A DNA stretch of 63,998 bases, the filler included, from Choristocarpus tenellus KU-1152 (Eukaryota > Protista > Phaeophyceae), in assembly GCA_964200185.2 (NCBI GenBank). It is 13 parts of 13 records of this genome, joined end to end, with 100 filler letters (N's around TTAATTAATTAA, not from the genome) between each part and the next. Parts side by side here need not be neighbours in the genome. Positions count along the whole stretch, not along the records: positions 35,688 to 39,495 come from CAXNAD020017809.1; positions 39,596 to 45,198 come from CAXNAD020010277.1; positions 45,299 to 50,496 come from CAXNAD020011536.1; positions 50,597 to 53,164 come from CAXNAD020026700.1; 9 more parts are not named here. The stretch is one strand, 5' to 3'. The stretch's first letter is position 1, and each line of letters starts with the position of its first letter. The notes beneath the pieces were generated by a model. The model was given only the letters and a program-made list of their open reading frames with translations. It did not search any database and was not told the DNA's origin. This document shows positions 38,401-51,369 of the stretch, piece by piece. The translations under genes were made by a program, and so were the position numbers.

Positions 38401-39697
38401 CTAACCTTCCAACTTCAACACCAAGAGGAAACAACAAAAAAAACACACCACCAAACACAAAAAAAACAAAAAAAAAGCTACTGATGTGGCCTCTGTTTAG
38501 CTTCAACATCGCAGAAGCATCCCAAGCACCTGTTGAACTTCATGCAGAGCATTCTTGGCCTGCAGGGAGATCAGAAATGTGATACAAGGTTAAGCAATGC
38601 TCGCTGGATGTTGGGTTGGTGGGGTGGAGGGAGGGGTATGTAGCTAAGTATGCAATGGAGCAGTTAGGCTGGTGAAAGGACGAATGGATGAACATCAAGT
38701 ACAAACTACACATACAATGCTGTAGTAGCAACACTTGGGTCAACCTACAGCACATACTTCAAGTGTCACACATGGAATCGTAGTGTGAAGCCGGTCAGAA
38801 ATTAACATCCCATTTCACCTTGGTTCGCGGTACATGAGGACTCTATGCAAGAGGACAGGTTGATGGTACGAAGGCCCAACTTACGTCATGAAGAGTTCCC
38901 TCCATACCGACATACCATCCTTCTGCACGAGTAGCCTTAGTCACAGAAGCAAGTGCTAATACTGTTCGGTTTTACGCCAACTTCTTGTCAAAAACCGAAC
39001 GATTTGAAGTAACAACAAATGGTGCAAAGTGTCCTAGGTCGTAACTGTGTACTCTGGAGTATGTGCTGTAGCACTTCTATTCAACAACTTTAAAATAGCA
39101 TACTTTGGACATCAAAAATCATCCCAAGCAGGCGCTTCGAGCCAAGGACAGACTCTGCACATGGACACAGATCAGAAATAATTTCACGGCATGTTCTCTG
39201 AGATTGATGTCGTAGGTTGACGGGTATGACCCTACTGCTACACGATCAACTCAGAACATTGGTGCCAAAAGGGCAAGATAGAGAACAGCACAATCCAAGT
39301 CATGCCAAGGACAATTATAACTTAAAAAGAGCGCTCCAGAGAAGAACTATTCAGGGTTGAGGACAAGCACAGATGGTGGGAACTTCACCGGCTACATCAC
39401 TTGACCGATTTGTGCCCATGATCTCTACTAATCCCTTCACATACAGCCATAGCAAATGAGGTACATTCAGAACATATCTCATGATGTAATTGCACNNNNN
39501 NNNNNNNNNNNNNNNNNNNNNNNNNNNNNNNNNNNNNNNTTAATTAATTAANNNNNNNNNNNNNNNNNNNNNNNNNNNNNNNNNNNNNNNNNNNNTTTTT
39601 TTTTTTGTCTTCCCCCCCCCCCCCCCCCCCCCCTCCCCTTTTTTTTTTTTTTTTCCCCCCCCCCCCCCCCCCCCCCCCCCAAATACAATACTCCAAG

Positions 39698-41697
39698 TTT
39701 ATGGAGTTCATACTACAGAAGTATGAAAGGTATCTTCACAAAACTGGTGACAGATTCCAGAAACAGCTCTATGAGAAGATCGTCAGGGAACTCATGACCT
39801 TGGGTGCGTTTGCGTTGGGTTTGACCCGACAAGTGTGTTCATTATTTATTTATTTATTTATTATCGATTTTGTATACCTCGAGGTGGTCGCCTAACAGTA
39901 CCCTAACCCTTTCGTTTCTTTTTGAAAACAAATTAAAGAAAAAATAAAAATAATATAGGATGTATACAAAAAAAAGACCTGTCGGAGGTAGAATTTTTTT
40001 TTTTTGACATTGCTGTGTCTGTATATATATATATGTTGTGTACATATATGTGTTGTATATACCTGTGATGGTTTGGTGATTGCAATGCTGCCTGTAAATT
40101 TATGTGATACTGCTTGTTTCAGAGACGAGGCCCTAACCCCAGCCTTAGTTATGTTATGTTCATGCATTGCCCCTGGAGTATACTTTTATATTTTTGGAGC
40201 AGTAGGTGGTGAAAGGAGGGGTATCATCTGCCGTAGTATCACCCTCAACAACCGACGGATGATACCCCTGACTGACAACACTTTGCCTGCACCTCCTGCT
40301 AACTTGTATTGGTTGTGCTCCCTTAACATCTCACCTTCCATGTATGACATCTCACTAGACATTAAACATAGTTAATCATGTTGATACCCGGTCTGTATGA
40401 TACTTCCATAAACACACACTTCTCCTTCCCAACCCCTCCCCCCCTCATGCTGACCCTCTCTCTCTCTCTCTCTCTGCATGAGCTGATTGGTTGATTTATT
40501 AGAAAGAAAAAAAATGTGATGTGATGTTTGATATGATGTGATGTTTTATGGTCGTGTTATTAATAGAATAGTAAGTCACAACCCCAACACCTCATTTCTA
40601 TGTGGTGCACCTGGCTGGTACATGACCTGCCATACACTACCAACTCCTGGTGAATTTGGAAGTCCCTCTGTTTCCGTTTTTTTTTTTGCAGGTGTGGTTA
40701 GCTTTGTTCTCTTCATGCTGGAACCTGTGATCCCTAAAGGAGACATATTCATTTTCTTCGAGGTGAGAGTATATCAAACCTGTATCAAACCTGTATCAAA
40801 AATGTATCAAAAGATGCTAATGACAATAGTTGATGTCAGCGTTTGTGGCGGGTTAGGGTTAGGGAGGCATCTCTTGGGGAACATGAAGTGAATACTTGAA
40901 GGGGAATTTTTCAACCAATAGAACGCATTTTGTGCGGACGGTCAACCAATCACATGCCTTGGTTGTTTACCCTTGTGACATCCTCAATTGAACTGCCTTC
41001 ATGTTTGCAACACCCCTAACTGTTTATATCATAGCACTCCCACTAATGCTACTACTACTACTTCTGATAATAATAATAATAATAATAATAGTAATAGTAA
41101 TAATGATTTTTGTTTTGTAAGGGTTGCCCCTAGGCTGAGGGAGAGGAATAAAATTTTGACAAGCAGGAGTGTTTGTGAGAATTAGCCAATCAAATTCCTT
41201 CACACATCAACCTCCCCCTTTGTATCACCTCCAAGATTTTGCATATTTCCTCCCTGGTAGTTTGTGAAGTAATAGTTAAGAATGAATTTTAATATTGGAA
41301 ATAATCGTTAAGAATGGAGCTGTGTATACTACATAGTTTCAAGTGTGAAATTATTGTGCTAGGGTTAGGGACTGGGTATCAGAAACATTTTGCTGACCAA
41401 TGAAATGCCTTCGCTGTTGTTCAATTTCTTACACATGCATATATGTCATATATGTGTGTGTGTGTGTGTGTGAGTCCTCTCTGGTGATGTTATGATCACA
41501 GTGGTACTATCATCAGTGATGACTACAACAATATCATAAACAATAATATTAAAATCAATATCAATCGTGTTTTGTCATTATGACTACATTATTAGAAGGT
41601 TCATGGTTAGGGTCTGAGATTCCTAGGTATGTATTAGGGTTAGGGTTAAATACAATGGAGTAGACATACCTAACTACCAAGATTTGAATCTTTGCTA

Positions 41698-41731
<34 letters not shown>

Positions 41732-41904
41732 GTCTGTCTGTCTGTCTGTCTGTGTACATTTGTTTGTGTTGCTTGATTCAGTTCACCCACTATGTTATAT
41801 TCTTGATTGCGATGTTTATAGTGGCTCAGCTTGTCCTTCTCGGAGCTGCCACGTACTCTATCAAGCACTCTTGGGACACTGCTGCCTACAAGACCAAGGA
41901 CCAG
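39698..41904 (+). CDS. MLO-like multi-pass membrane protein, partial. Exons 39698-39803, 40692-40762, 41782-41904; possible fourth exon from 42896
   Basis: Spliced FMEFILQKYERYL..QLYEKIVRELMTLG/VVSFVLFMLE..FIFFE/FTHYVIFLIAMFIVAQLVLL resembles the MLO motifs EKIKxELMLLGFISLLL and HIFIFVLA. Phase-compatible GT-AG exons. Confidence 0.7.
41068..41104 (+). repeat. (TAA)n microsatellite. Similar simple repeats at 41453-41472 (TG), 41700-41752 (CT/CTGT), 43130-43152 and 43356-43455
   Basis: Tandem units directly visible. Confidence 0.9.
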
Positions 41905-44160
41905 GTGATTTAGTATTCAAGACTATTTTGTTGGACTTTTTCCCCTTGATTTTTCTGTACTATATACTGGATACTGATTACTATATACTATGTACTGGGT
42001 ACTATATAGTGCAAAAGTAGTCCTTGTCAAACAGTGACATTAAAGTGGCATTTAATCACTCTTACACCTGAGCATGCATTTGTGAAACCATCTCCTCCAC
42101 ATGTAACAGGTGATATGACCTCAATATTAGACTATCAGTTGCAGTAGTATTAATTGAACTGTATGAATTTTTTGTATGTGTGGAAGCAGATTGAAATTTA
42201 GTATTGATATTCTCGCTTTTGTTTGATTTAATATTTATTTATTTTATCATTTTGAGGGTTAGGGTCAGGGGGTCAGGGTTATTCCTGTGTACCTTGTGAT
42301 GTCAGTGCGTTTGTAGGGTGAGGGGTTAGTGTGGATGTGATCAAATGCATGTTAATAACATGTCAACAGTGAATGTAAGTAGTGATATAATACAATCATC
42401 TCTTAGGGTAAGGGTTGGTGTGGATTATATACAGATTGTGTATTGCTCTGGAGTTTATGGCGTATTTTGTGATTGATTGACCCGAATAGAACCTTGCATA
42501 TGAAGCATATCGCAGCACACACATAAGGAACATACATAGTTTGATTTAACTTGCATAAGGAACATACATATGTTCATATGATCCGTTTCGCTAAGTGACA
42601 TAGTGACATAGAGAACCTGACATCTGAGGTTCAAATAAAAAGAAAAAATTATGTGCGTTTCTTGCGGCAGATCGCCCTAACCCTAACCCTAACCACTAAT
42701 ATTTTGTTGCACAAATAGTTAAATACTCCGGTAATATATCCTCTGTAAAATATTAATATCCTTGCTTGGTGTTTCTTAGGGTTAGGGGTTATTGTGTGAT
42801 CGGCAATGGCAGTACTGCTGTGTGTACTGTGTTAGGTCATTTTTATTTCTTATGACCCATTGCCTGGCCCGCCTGAAATGGTTTTAACAAAACAGGTGAT
42901 GGAAGGTTACACCTCTGCCATCAAACACTGTGGCAAGTTTTGTGTATCCTTACCTTGCTTTGGGGTTGTTTCCTTGGACCTGTTTCATCTGACTAAGGAT
43001 CATGTATGGATAAGGAGGGCTCAGTTTCACCTTGCAAGATCAGTCTTCATTCGAACTCACAAGTGAGTGACTCCATACCGGAATACTACTGGAATACTAC
43101 TGGAATATACACTTGTTGGAGTGGGTAGTAGTAATAATAATAATAATAATAACCCTAATAGAAGACTGTCAGAAAGTTTCATGTTTTTTTTCTTTTTTAA
43201 GTTGTGATAAGAGTAGTGTCGTGTTTCCATTCTATGTGAGTTGAAGCAGAGGAGTGTTTGATACCATGGTAGTGGTGATGGTGATGGTTGTCATGTTGTG
43301 ATTGATGTGGATGTCATGGATGGTGTATTGTGATTGATGTACTACTTGTCATCGACATAGTAATAATGATAGCAATAATGGTAGTAAATAGTAATAGTAA
43401 TAATGGTAGCAATAATGGTAGTAATAGTAACAGTAATACTGATAGTAATAATGGTAGAAATGTGGTCTTACATTTGGTATTTGGCACAACCATGTACTGT
43501 TAGGAAAAGAATGATCATAACCTTGTAACATTATGTAATTGTTTTTCAATATTTGCTGGATTTTTTTTTTTTCTTAATGTGGTCTTGAAGGTAGTGATCA
43601 CTAAATGATAAAAATAAAATCATCTCTCTGCGGTACTCTCTGTGATAAAAATGGACATCAAGTATCGGGAGCTAAAGAAATGTTTTCACCAATGCCCACT
43701 TGAAAATTCCTTGAAAATTATTTGGAGAAGCAGTGTTAGCATGACTCATGAGTGTATACAGTGGTGTATTATTATTATTTCTATTGTAATAAAATAAGTG
43801 ATGGTATGAACCTTAATACTACTTGAAGAAAGTTTGAGACCAAAAAACTTAACCCTAGTTAGTCCTAGTTAATCCCCGACAAACTGATTTCCTGGCAGTG
43901 AAATTTTTTGACAGTGAAACTGAGGACTATTTTTGAATTGGGAGATACATGTACCTTTTTTATTACAAGCTGAACTGTTTATTTTTATTTTTAGACCGGG
44001 GAAAAAAATCTAAGTAAATTATTATTCCAACTGTAATGCACACGGGAGAGAGACCAGAGGTGTCTGTCTCTTGGTGTTCAATGCTGCAAAATTGTTTATT
44101 TTTATATTATATATATATAGTAATATAATTATTTGGAGTATGATAGTAGTAACTATCATA

Positions 44161-44570
44161 TTAGGGTTAGGGTTAGGGTTAACCTCTGTGTGAGAAGTAC
44201 CTGTGTTGTGGAATTAGTGCACGGGAGAAAGTGGGCAAGCTTAGGTTTAGGGTTAGGGTTAAGGTTAGGGTCTCTGTCAGTGCCGGAAAGGAAGTCTCGT
44301 CATGTGTTGTCCTCTTTCTAGAACACCATAACCCTAAATGTCCTTATCACTAACCCTGTGTTGAGTCATGCCAATGAGGCTGCTGTTGCCATGGACCATA
44401 CAGTCACATAACAGTGAGACATTGAAAAGGTGACTGAGTGCATGTCTACAGTTCTGAGTTTCCAGTACGAAAATTGGCAGGGTTGAATGAAGTGTTGGTT
44501 AGGGTTAGGGTTAGGGTTATCGTGACTTGACTACTTAAGTGTATATGAATACTGAGAGGTTTAGGGTTAG
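44161..44570 (+). repeat. Cluster of interstitial (TTAGGG)n tracts at 44161-44180, 44241-44270, 44497-44519 and ~44560. Others in this contig at ~40851, 41360, 41635, 42255, 42675-42694, 42778 and 44998-45015
   Basis: Repeated TTAGGG/CCCTAA hexamers. Confidence 0.9.
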
Positions 44571-44579
44571 GTTTTTCGT

Positions 44580-44776
44580 GTCTGGACTGGGCCAAGCACT
44601 GGCTTCAGAAAAATTACCATGGTATTTTTTAACAGGACCGGTCCAGGACCGCCAGAGTTTCAACTGAACCATATTGTGCACTGGTCCCTGTGAACAGGAC
44701 CGGTCCAGGGGTCATAGAGAAGTGACCGGACTGGTCGACAGGCTGGCCTGTGGCGCCAGTCCTATCAGTTAGTCTG
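44580..44776 (+). repeat. Repeat related to 30285-30976
   Basis: Internal direct repeat aacaggaccggtccagg occurs twice, plus the blocks shared with the 30.3-31.0 kb element. Confidence 0.55.
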
Positions 44777-45298
44777 GTTAGGTGTGAGTGTGGTGAATAT
44801 CCCTATTAAAGAGTGTTAATGATCCACTGACATTTAGAGTATGAGAGGTTCTCTTCTTTTTCAGCTAACTTCTGCATGTCGGATATAGTATACATACCAT
44901 ACTTTTTGGGGGAGTGATATTTGTTCTCATTTTTTCCGGCTGGTGTTGTGTGTGTATGTATGGTACTATGTTTATCATATTTTTCCCCATCACCATGACC
45001 CTAACCCTAACCCTAAATGTATACTACGTGTACATTTTTGAAAGAATATAAATATATTGCTCTTGGTGTATTTTTGTTGGAATTGATATATACTGCGCAT
45101 CTATTGAAATTTATTTATCAAGACAAAACAAAAGTAGTCTATACCTTTTTTTTTCAATATTGAACCTTCTGTATCACTGTGATTAATCAATCACAGCCNN
45201 NNNNNNNNNNNNNNNNNNNNNNNNNNNNNNNNNNNNNNNNNNTTAATTAATTAANNNNNNNNNNNNNNNNNNNNNNNNNNNNNNNNNNNNNNNNNNNN

Positions 45299-45368
45299 CG
45301 GTACCACGGTATAACGGTATATGGCATACGAGCAATACGGTATAATAACAGACAAACATGCTTTCCAC
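45299..45368 (-). repeat. Copy of the 12165-12234 repeat
   Basis: Near-identical reverse complement. Confidence 0.85.
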
Positions 45369-47852
45369 ATATTATTTGATTATTATCCCCTCTAACATTT
45401 TGTAGATGTTTTAGAGTAAAAACCAATCTATTTTACTATTATGATTTTGACATCATAAAAATATTCTACTACTATTCTATAGCAAACCTTGAATTTCTGG
45501 GGTCTTCTTGAAGACTTGAGACTTGATAAATATATATTATTATCTCATTTGACATTTTGTTCATGTGTTTTTATACTGTTAATTTGATGATAACTGTTCC
45601 AATTGGTTGTGAAGTTGTAACATGACTCGCTCTATTTTACTGTTAAGAAGGAAAGATTAAATTCTAATCGTCGCCTTTCCAACTTTAATTACTTCATAAA
45701 ACCTCGACTATCTAGTTCAAATAATAGAAGTATCTCAAGTATCGATATATTCATTATATTTCAATTGTTCTAGCAACTACCCTTTCTACAATATAACCAT
45801 AACTACTAACTTATAATGTTCTGCTAATTTATGAAGAGTACCTATTTGAAATTCATTGACACTAGAAAAACTATATCCCTCCGACTTCTACTTTCTTCCA
45901 AGAGTTGACGTCCCCTCTAAATTCACAAGTTCTATTGTCAAATTCAAATAATTTTGTTTTTATGTTAAAACTACGTTTCTTGTAATCTTGTGAAAAATCT
46001 GCCGATAAAAAAGCGTTTGTAGGAAGTGTGATATTCAAATATTTATATATCATCAGAGAAGTGATAATGATACAACCAAGTGGTGAGTCAAGGTTCTCGC
46101 TCTGTTTGGGTATACGTATTGAGTTTCCTTTTTGGTTGAAAAAATGAAATATGGAGGTTGAAGGCGGTGATTGATCTTTATTGATAATATCTCTTCAAGA
46201 GGTCATTGATTGGTGAGTGAATAATTATAATTTTCGTTTAGGTTGCTAGAATTGGCATCGTTCTTAAATTACAGAAAATATAATTCCTCATTACGCCACA
46301 AATCCTTATATGGATCTATCTGAGTAATAATGATCTCACCTCGCCTTGACAGAATGAGGTGATGTGGATCTGAGTAGAAGTCGAAAACCAGGACGAAGAG
46401 TTGCATGTTGTTCACAACTTCACACTACACTGAACGTGAAACAGATTAGTAGTGAATGGTCGGTTAAGGGTGATGATTCCAAATGCTAACCTTTTTAACC
46501 TTGGACAATTTGATGTTGCTTGTGTGTTCGTACAATCGACCTTTTTAGGGTTCAATGCTCTTACACCCACTAGACCTTTTCTTCGTGATTGCCAATGATG
46601 TGGTTGAGTGAAGTGCCTACTAAGACGATTCTCAAAAAGGAAGAATGGAATGGGACGAGCGAAATATGTTCCGTCAACCCATACTACCGCTCTAATCGAC
46701 AATCCAACAGGTTGAAGGTCAGTGGATGTTGATAGAGAGTATCATGTTACATGGACAATCAACTTCGTAACGTGAGAGTAAGGCATTCGGTGTCTTTTCT
46801 ACAGCGGTCGGTGTGAATGTGGATGCTATCAATGCATTCAGGGGATGAGTTTACTCCTTCAGGGTTAATTGAATCAATTGTGATACTCGCTCATCCCACG
46901 CATTTCATATCCAAGTGGTCCTAATTTTCCTCTTCTTGGCTCGGTTTGTGGCTTGTGGTTTGACCTAGAGTGAACCAGAATTGGGAGTGGTGAATGACGT
47001 TGATGGTGTAGATAGATATCCAAATTGGAAGGCTTCCATGTACAGTTAGGTAATGATATTGAGAAGGTTTTGCAGGGTCTGCAATCAAAACAACTATGAC
47101 ATTCAAATCTCCTTCATTCACCTTCTTCTAGTTATACCTAGGCATCTTAAGCGAATTCCTTGCTCTCGTGGAAGTCGGAAGGTTGGCCTTATTGCAAGAT
47201 TCTATGAAGATGACCAACCTTAATGGCGTTTGATCAGCTAAATATAATTCGAATGATAACAGTTCTACCGACTGTCCTCCTCATTCGCCGAGATTCAGAC
47301 ATAAGGACTCTTGTAGAGAAGAATGAAGAATGTGTGTCTCGTGATCCTCAACCCATGGGATATGCATTTTCTGGTCCTTGCTACATAGGATAGGATTGTC
47401 ACACCCGTTCCTTCCAAACTCTGATGGCGCCTTTCTCTGAGTAGATCTTTCGACCATGATATTCTCGTGGAGGTTGTTGCCCGAGATCAATCTACGGGGG
47501 AGTGTTCCGTTGGAGAAGTGCATCAATGATCCTGTGGAGCACTTTGATCCTGTTTATAGCTTTCACGAGGTGGATCCGTTTACTTCTGTCTTGGTGATTA
47601 GTAGAAACTATTATCTCCGTCTCATCCTCAATCAATTAAGGGTTCAATCAGTGCATGCCTTCCCATAGTCTTCAAGTAAATTGCCCTTTCTCGATTGCCT
47701 TAAGAATTAGTCTGGACCTGTCTCGTATGCTCTTCACTGGAGTGGTTGTACACACTATTCACGATCCGGACATCTAACTGTTTCTCTCTTAGCCCCATAT
47801 CAGGCCCACTTGACGAAGCACTTGATATATGTTGTGACCAACAACCTCGAAT

Positions 47853-50429
47853 ATGGTATTTGCACTAACACCATCCCTATTGGATATGCGGACTGCCTTC
47901 GCCCAGTATGCCTGCGATTTGCTGCACAAGGAAGGTCAGTTATTGTTAGAACGTGATACCTCGACGGCACCAGGTGGAACCTGCTTGAATTACAAGATTT
48001 TTCATCTTAACCATAACACGGAGCTTCTTGCTGCTGGGTTGTGGGCAACCGAGTTGAAAGAGAAAGGGGGGTGGATGATACCCAATGCGATATGGGGAGC
48101 AGATGATATCAGTGTGGGCATCTACGGTCACATTGTTGGCAGCCAAGTAGGGGCGCTGCTAATGGGTAAAGTTACAAATCTGGCGGATTCAACAAACTGC
48201 CCTACTTACACATTTGGAAAGGCACGGGGAGGGCGCGAGCTACGGTTGTTACCTGTTTTATCTGCTTCTGGGGCTCGTTGCACCAAGATGCAGGAGCCGC
48301 CATCCTCCAATGACTCCTTCAAACGACCTTCATTTGGCCGCGCTATGAAGCTGCCAAAGTCGTCGCCTCGTCGAGAAAAAACTCGCATGAAATCTAGGAT
48401 CAGGCCGGCGAGTACAAGGAGAAAGACTTACACATCCACACCACCTTCAGGGAGGAAGTGGAGATCAAGACAGGTTTGCACGCTTGCATCGAATGAGAAC
48501 TCCAAGGACTCGATCCCTAAAGGTGGTTTGAACGGAGAAGATGGTCGCAAGACTACTTGTCGAGCAGAGGTTGGGTGCGAGGTAACACTGAGTCCTATCC
48601 ATACCCAGCCCAAGATTGAGATCGGGAGAGGAAGACCAGAAAAAGACTGTAAGAGTGAGCACCAACCACAAGTGGTCAAGATTGGGACTCAAAGGCTAAC
48701 GAAGCTGAACAGGGGCATCCACCCCTCCAGAACGGATCCACTGAACTCGAGTCAGTGGGATCCAAGGACGGACACTTGGACATGGCACTCTCTGCCTAAC
48801 AACGACAGCAAGGACTTTCGAAGAAAGCAGGAAGCTTCAGTATCGATTTTATCCAAAGGATCTGACAGGGAATTCCACCCCTTTCTAGATGAATCGAGGC
48901 ACCCTCGTCGAAAGTCTTTCCCTCTTGAGCACCGACCGCGACCAAGTGCAATGGATGCGGTCAAGGCTGAGAGAGATTGTGATAATATTCACGGATTGGT
49001 GCTATCACCACCATTATCTGCTTTGGAGGCACTCCCAGGACGACGGCATGAGGTGATATCACCTCTGCAAGACCAGGCGGGTAAAACCAGTGTGGGCTAC
49101 GACTCAGCTGCAAGAGAAGCAAGGGGGATAACAGCAGCAACAACAACAACAGTTCTTGAAAATAGCAGTGATAAGGGACGGGGTAGGGTCATTCCCCTGC
49201 GCCTTCCTACACCCATTGAGGGGACATACAATTTGGACGGTTGGGGAGGTGGTGTTTCGTTAGAAGGATCATGTATGTCAGAGGTGAAACAACAGAGTCC
49301 CTCTGTCTCTGTGAAGACAACCTCATCGATCCATATGTCGTTGCTGAATCCCCTGACTCTTGGTTCTGGAAGGGGGTACCTGAACCGTGCCGTCCCTGGA
49401 GCAGAGGCTGGGGCAGGGTTAGGGCTTAGGGTTGGGGCTGGTGGTGCAGAAATAGGAGACCAATTTGGCACTAGAGTTAAGGTGGCGTTGTCGCCTTATC
49501 CTCCCAAACGCCCCACTAGGCATGCTTGTATTTCCCCTCATGGTGGTTGTCACATTCCCAAGGAGTCAGCAAGCAATGGTACCCAAGGCCACCTGTTCGT
49601 GAAGCTGGAGGTCGATGGATCAGCTCGGTACAGGGGTGGGGTGGTGATGGGGCCAAGGCTTGGGCAGGACCCAGAGACAAGGGCAGGAGCTGTGATAGAG
49701 CCCCTAAACCCCCTGGCATTACGAGCTTCTAAGACCAAAGGAGCACTGCTGAGAGTTTCCATGCAAGACGCAATGGAAAGTGGTGCAGGCAAGCCGATCA
49801 TGGATGAAGCATTCCATGAGTATGTGCCTCTGCGGTGTGTAGGCTGTGGCAGTGACCTGGCAAGTCGAGTGCGTGGTTTTTTGACTTCTGAGCGGAAGGT
49901 ATGTACTGGTGGTGAACCTGACCAACTACTTTAGCCATGCTGTTTGTGGATGTAACTGAGAGGGCCAGGGAGGGAGGAGTGCTAAGATGTTTTTTTTGGT
50001 AGACACTTTTGTATTCAAGTTCCTCTCATATTTGGAGGAAGCAATCTTGTTTCCTGTGGGAACCCCCTCAAAGCTCCTCACTCTCCCATTCCCTCTCCAA
50101 TCTTTGTGCAAAAGGTGTTCGTCTTTTGTACAATTCAATCAATTCTGCCTTTCTCACATCCAGATTTTAATTCCACCCCCCACCTCCCTTCAACACAACT
50201 GCCTCTCCTACTACTGATGTTACTGATGGTGCTTCCCACAGGTCTTTATTGTCACTGGGCCTGCAGGAAGTGGCAAATCCCTCTTTTCTGCCCTACTTGA
50301 ACACACTCTGATGGCCGACACAGCCTCTGGCAACTACCTCCCTGTGCTCATAGACATACGGGCCTCAGAGGGAGATCAAGATACAATACAGGACAGATTG
50401 GCTGAAGACTACTTCTCCAAGCGACTAGG
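47853..50429 (+). CDS. NACHT/STAND-like P-loop NTPase with a long low-complexity N-terminus, partial. Long exon to 49898, intron 49899-50241, exon 50242-50429; true start uncertain (47853 or ATG ~48288)
   Basis: The 693-codon ORF has a donor aag|gtatgt at 49898. The acceptor cccacag| continues in frame: EYVPLRC..DLASRVRGFLTSERK/VFIVTGPAGSGKSLFSALLE..YLPVLIDIR, i.e. Walker A GxxGxGKS preceded by a hydrophobic strand. Confidence 0.75.
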
Positions 50430-50670
50430 GTTCGTTCTTTTTCTTATCTTTCATACCCACTATTCTCTATCAGGGGTAAGGGGAAGGGAGGGGGGGNNNN
50501 NNNNNNNNNNNNNNNNNNNNNNNNNNNNNNNNNNNNNNNNTTAATTAATTAANNNNNNNNNNNNNNNNNNNNNNNNNNNNNNNNNNNNNNNNNNNNTTGT
50601 TGCTGTGTTCGTTTGTATTTTCAGACCCATTACCTTTACCCTCTCCTGGCCTTGCCGTCCATAGCATTTT

Positions 50671-50820
50671 TCTACACCAGGGTGTCCATTCGGACCAAAA
50701 TCAGGAAGGGGGCACTTACATCATCCATCCGACGTATGCAACCGAATAACAAAAAAATCGCGACATGAAAAAATTGGCCCCAAATGGACAGCCGCCACCC
50801 CCCCGCAGATACTTTGAGCC
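50671..50820 (-). mobile_element. MITE family A copy lacking one terminus
   Basis: tctacaccagggtgtccattcgg...ccaaatggacagccgcc-polyC-gcagatactttgagcc. Confidence 0.9.
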
Positions 50821-51369
50821 CTACACGAGTGGTACGAGTATGTGGCTAAAGGTACAACAAGGTTCATGACCGAGAGGCATTCCAAGGAAGAGAGGTGTGA
50901 TAGCAAATGTACGTCACACCAAGACAGCAGCTAAGGTCGCCCAAGCCACCAACACCGTCAACACCATTGTGTGCTGAGTGCCGCTTTCTTTGTGGACTTA
51001 TTCTCTTATATATCCTTTGCTTTTCCTTTCTACTCTTCCCCTTACTTTTTTGAGGTGATCGTGTTTTTTCTCCAGTGAGAGTTTTATTCTTTCTTTTTCT
51101 TATCTTCCACTATTTATATATTTTTTTTGAACATTTGTTCCCATTCGCATAAACGGAATAACCACACGACGGATGTTTTAACCTTCGTACTTTTGATCTT
51201 ATCGCCTTCCCTGTAAAACTTAAAACCCCATAAAAAAACTGAGGTAGTGAAACATGTTGTAGGAGGTAGGGTAGGGGGACGGAGGGTTTTCAGCAATAAG
51301 GGTAAAATATGCATTGGCAGATATCATTTCAGTTACTGGTCAAGTTGGTATCAGTGGATCGGAAACGTG

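Noticed and set aside
46350-47850. Coding-like stretch upstream of the NTPase ORF as an endogenous viral element
   Set aside because: All frames examined are broken by stops and no viral motif was recognised. A translated database search would be needed.
47853-48220. First ~120 codons of the 693-aa ORF as a distinct effector domain
   Set aside because: No recognisable motif. It may be an open UTR or intron extension, and the start codon cannot be fixed without transcripts.
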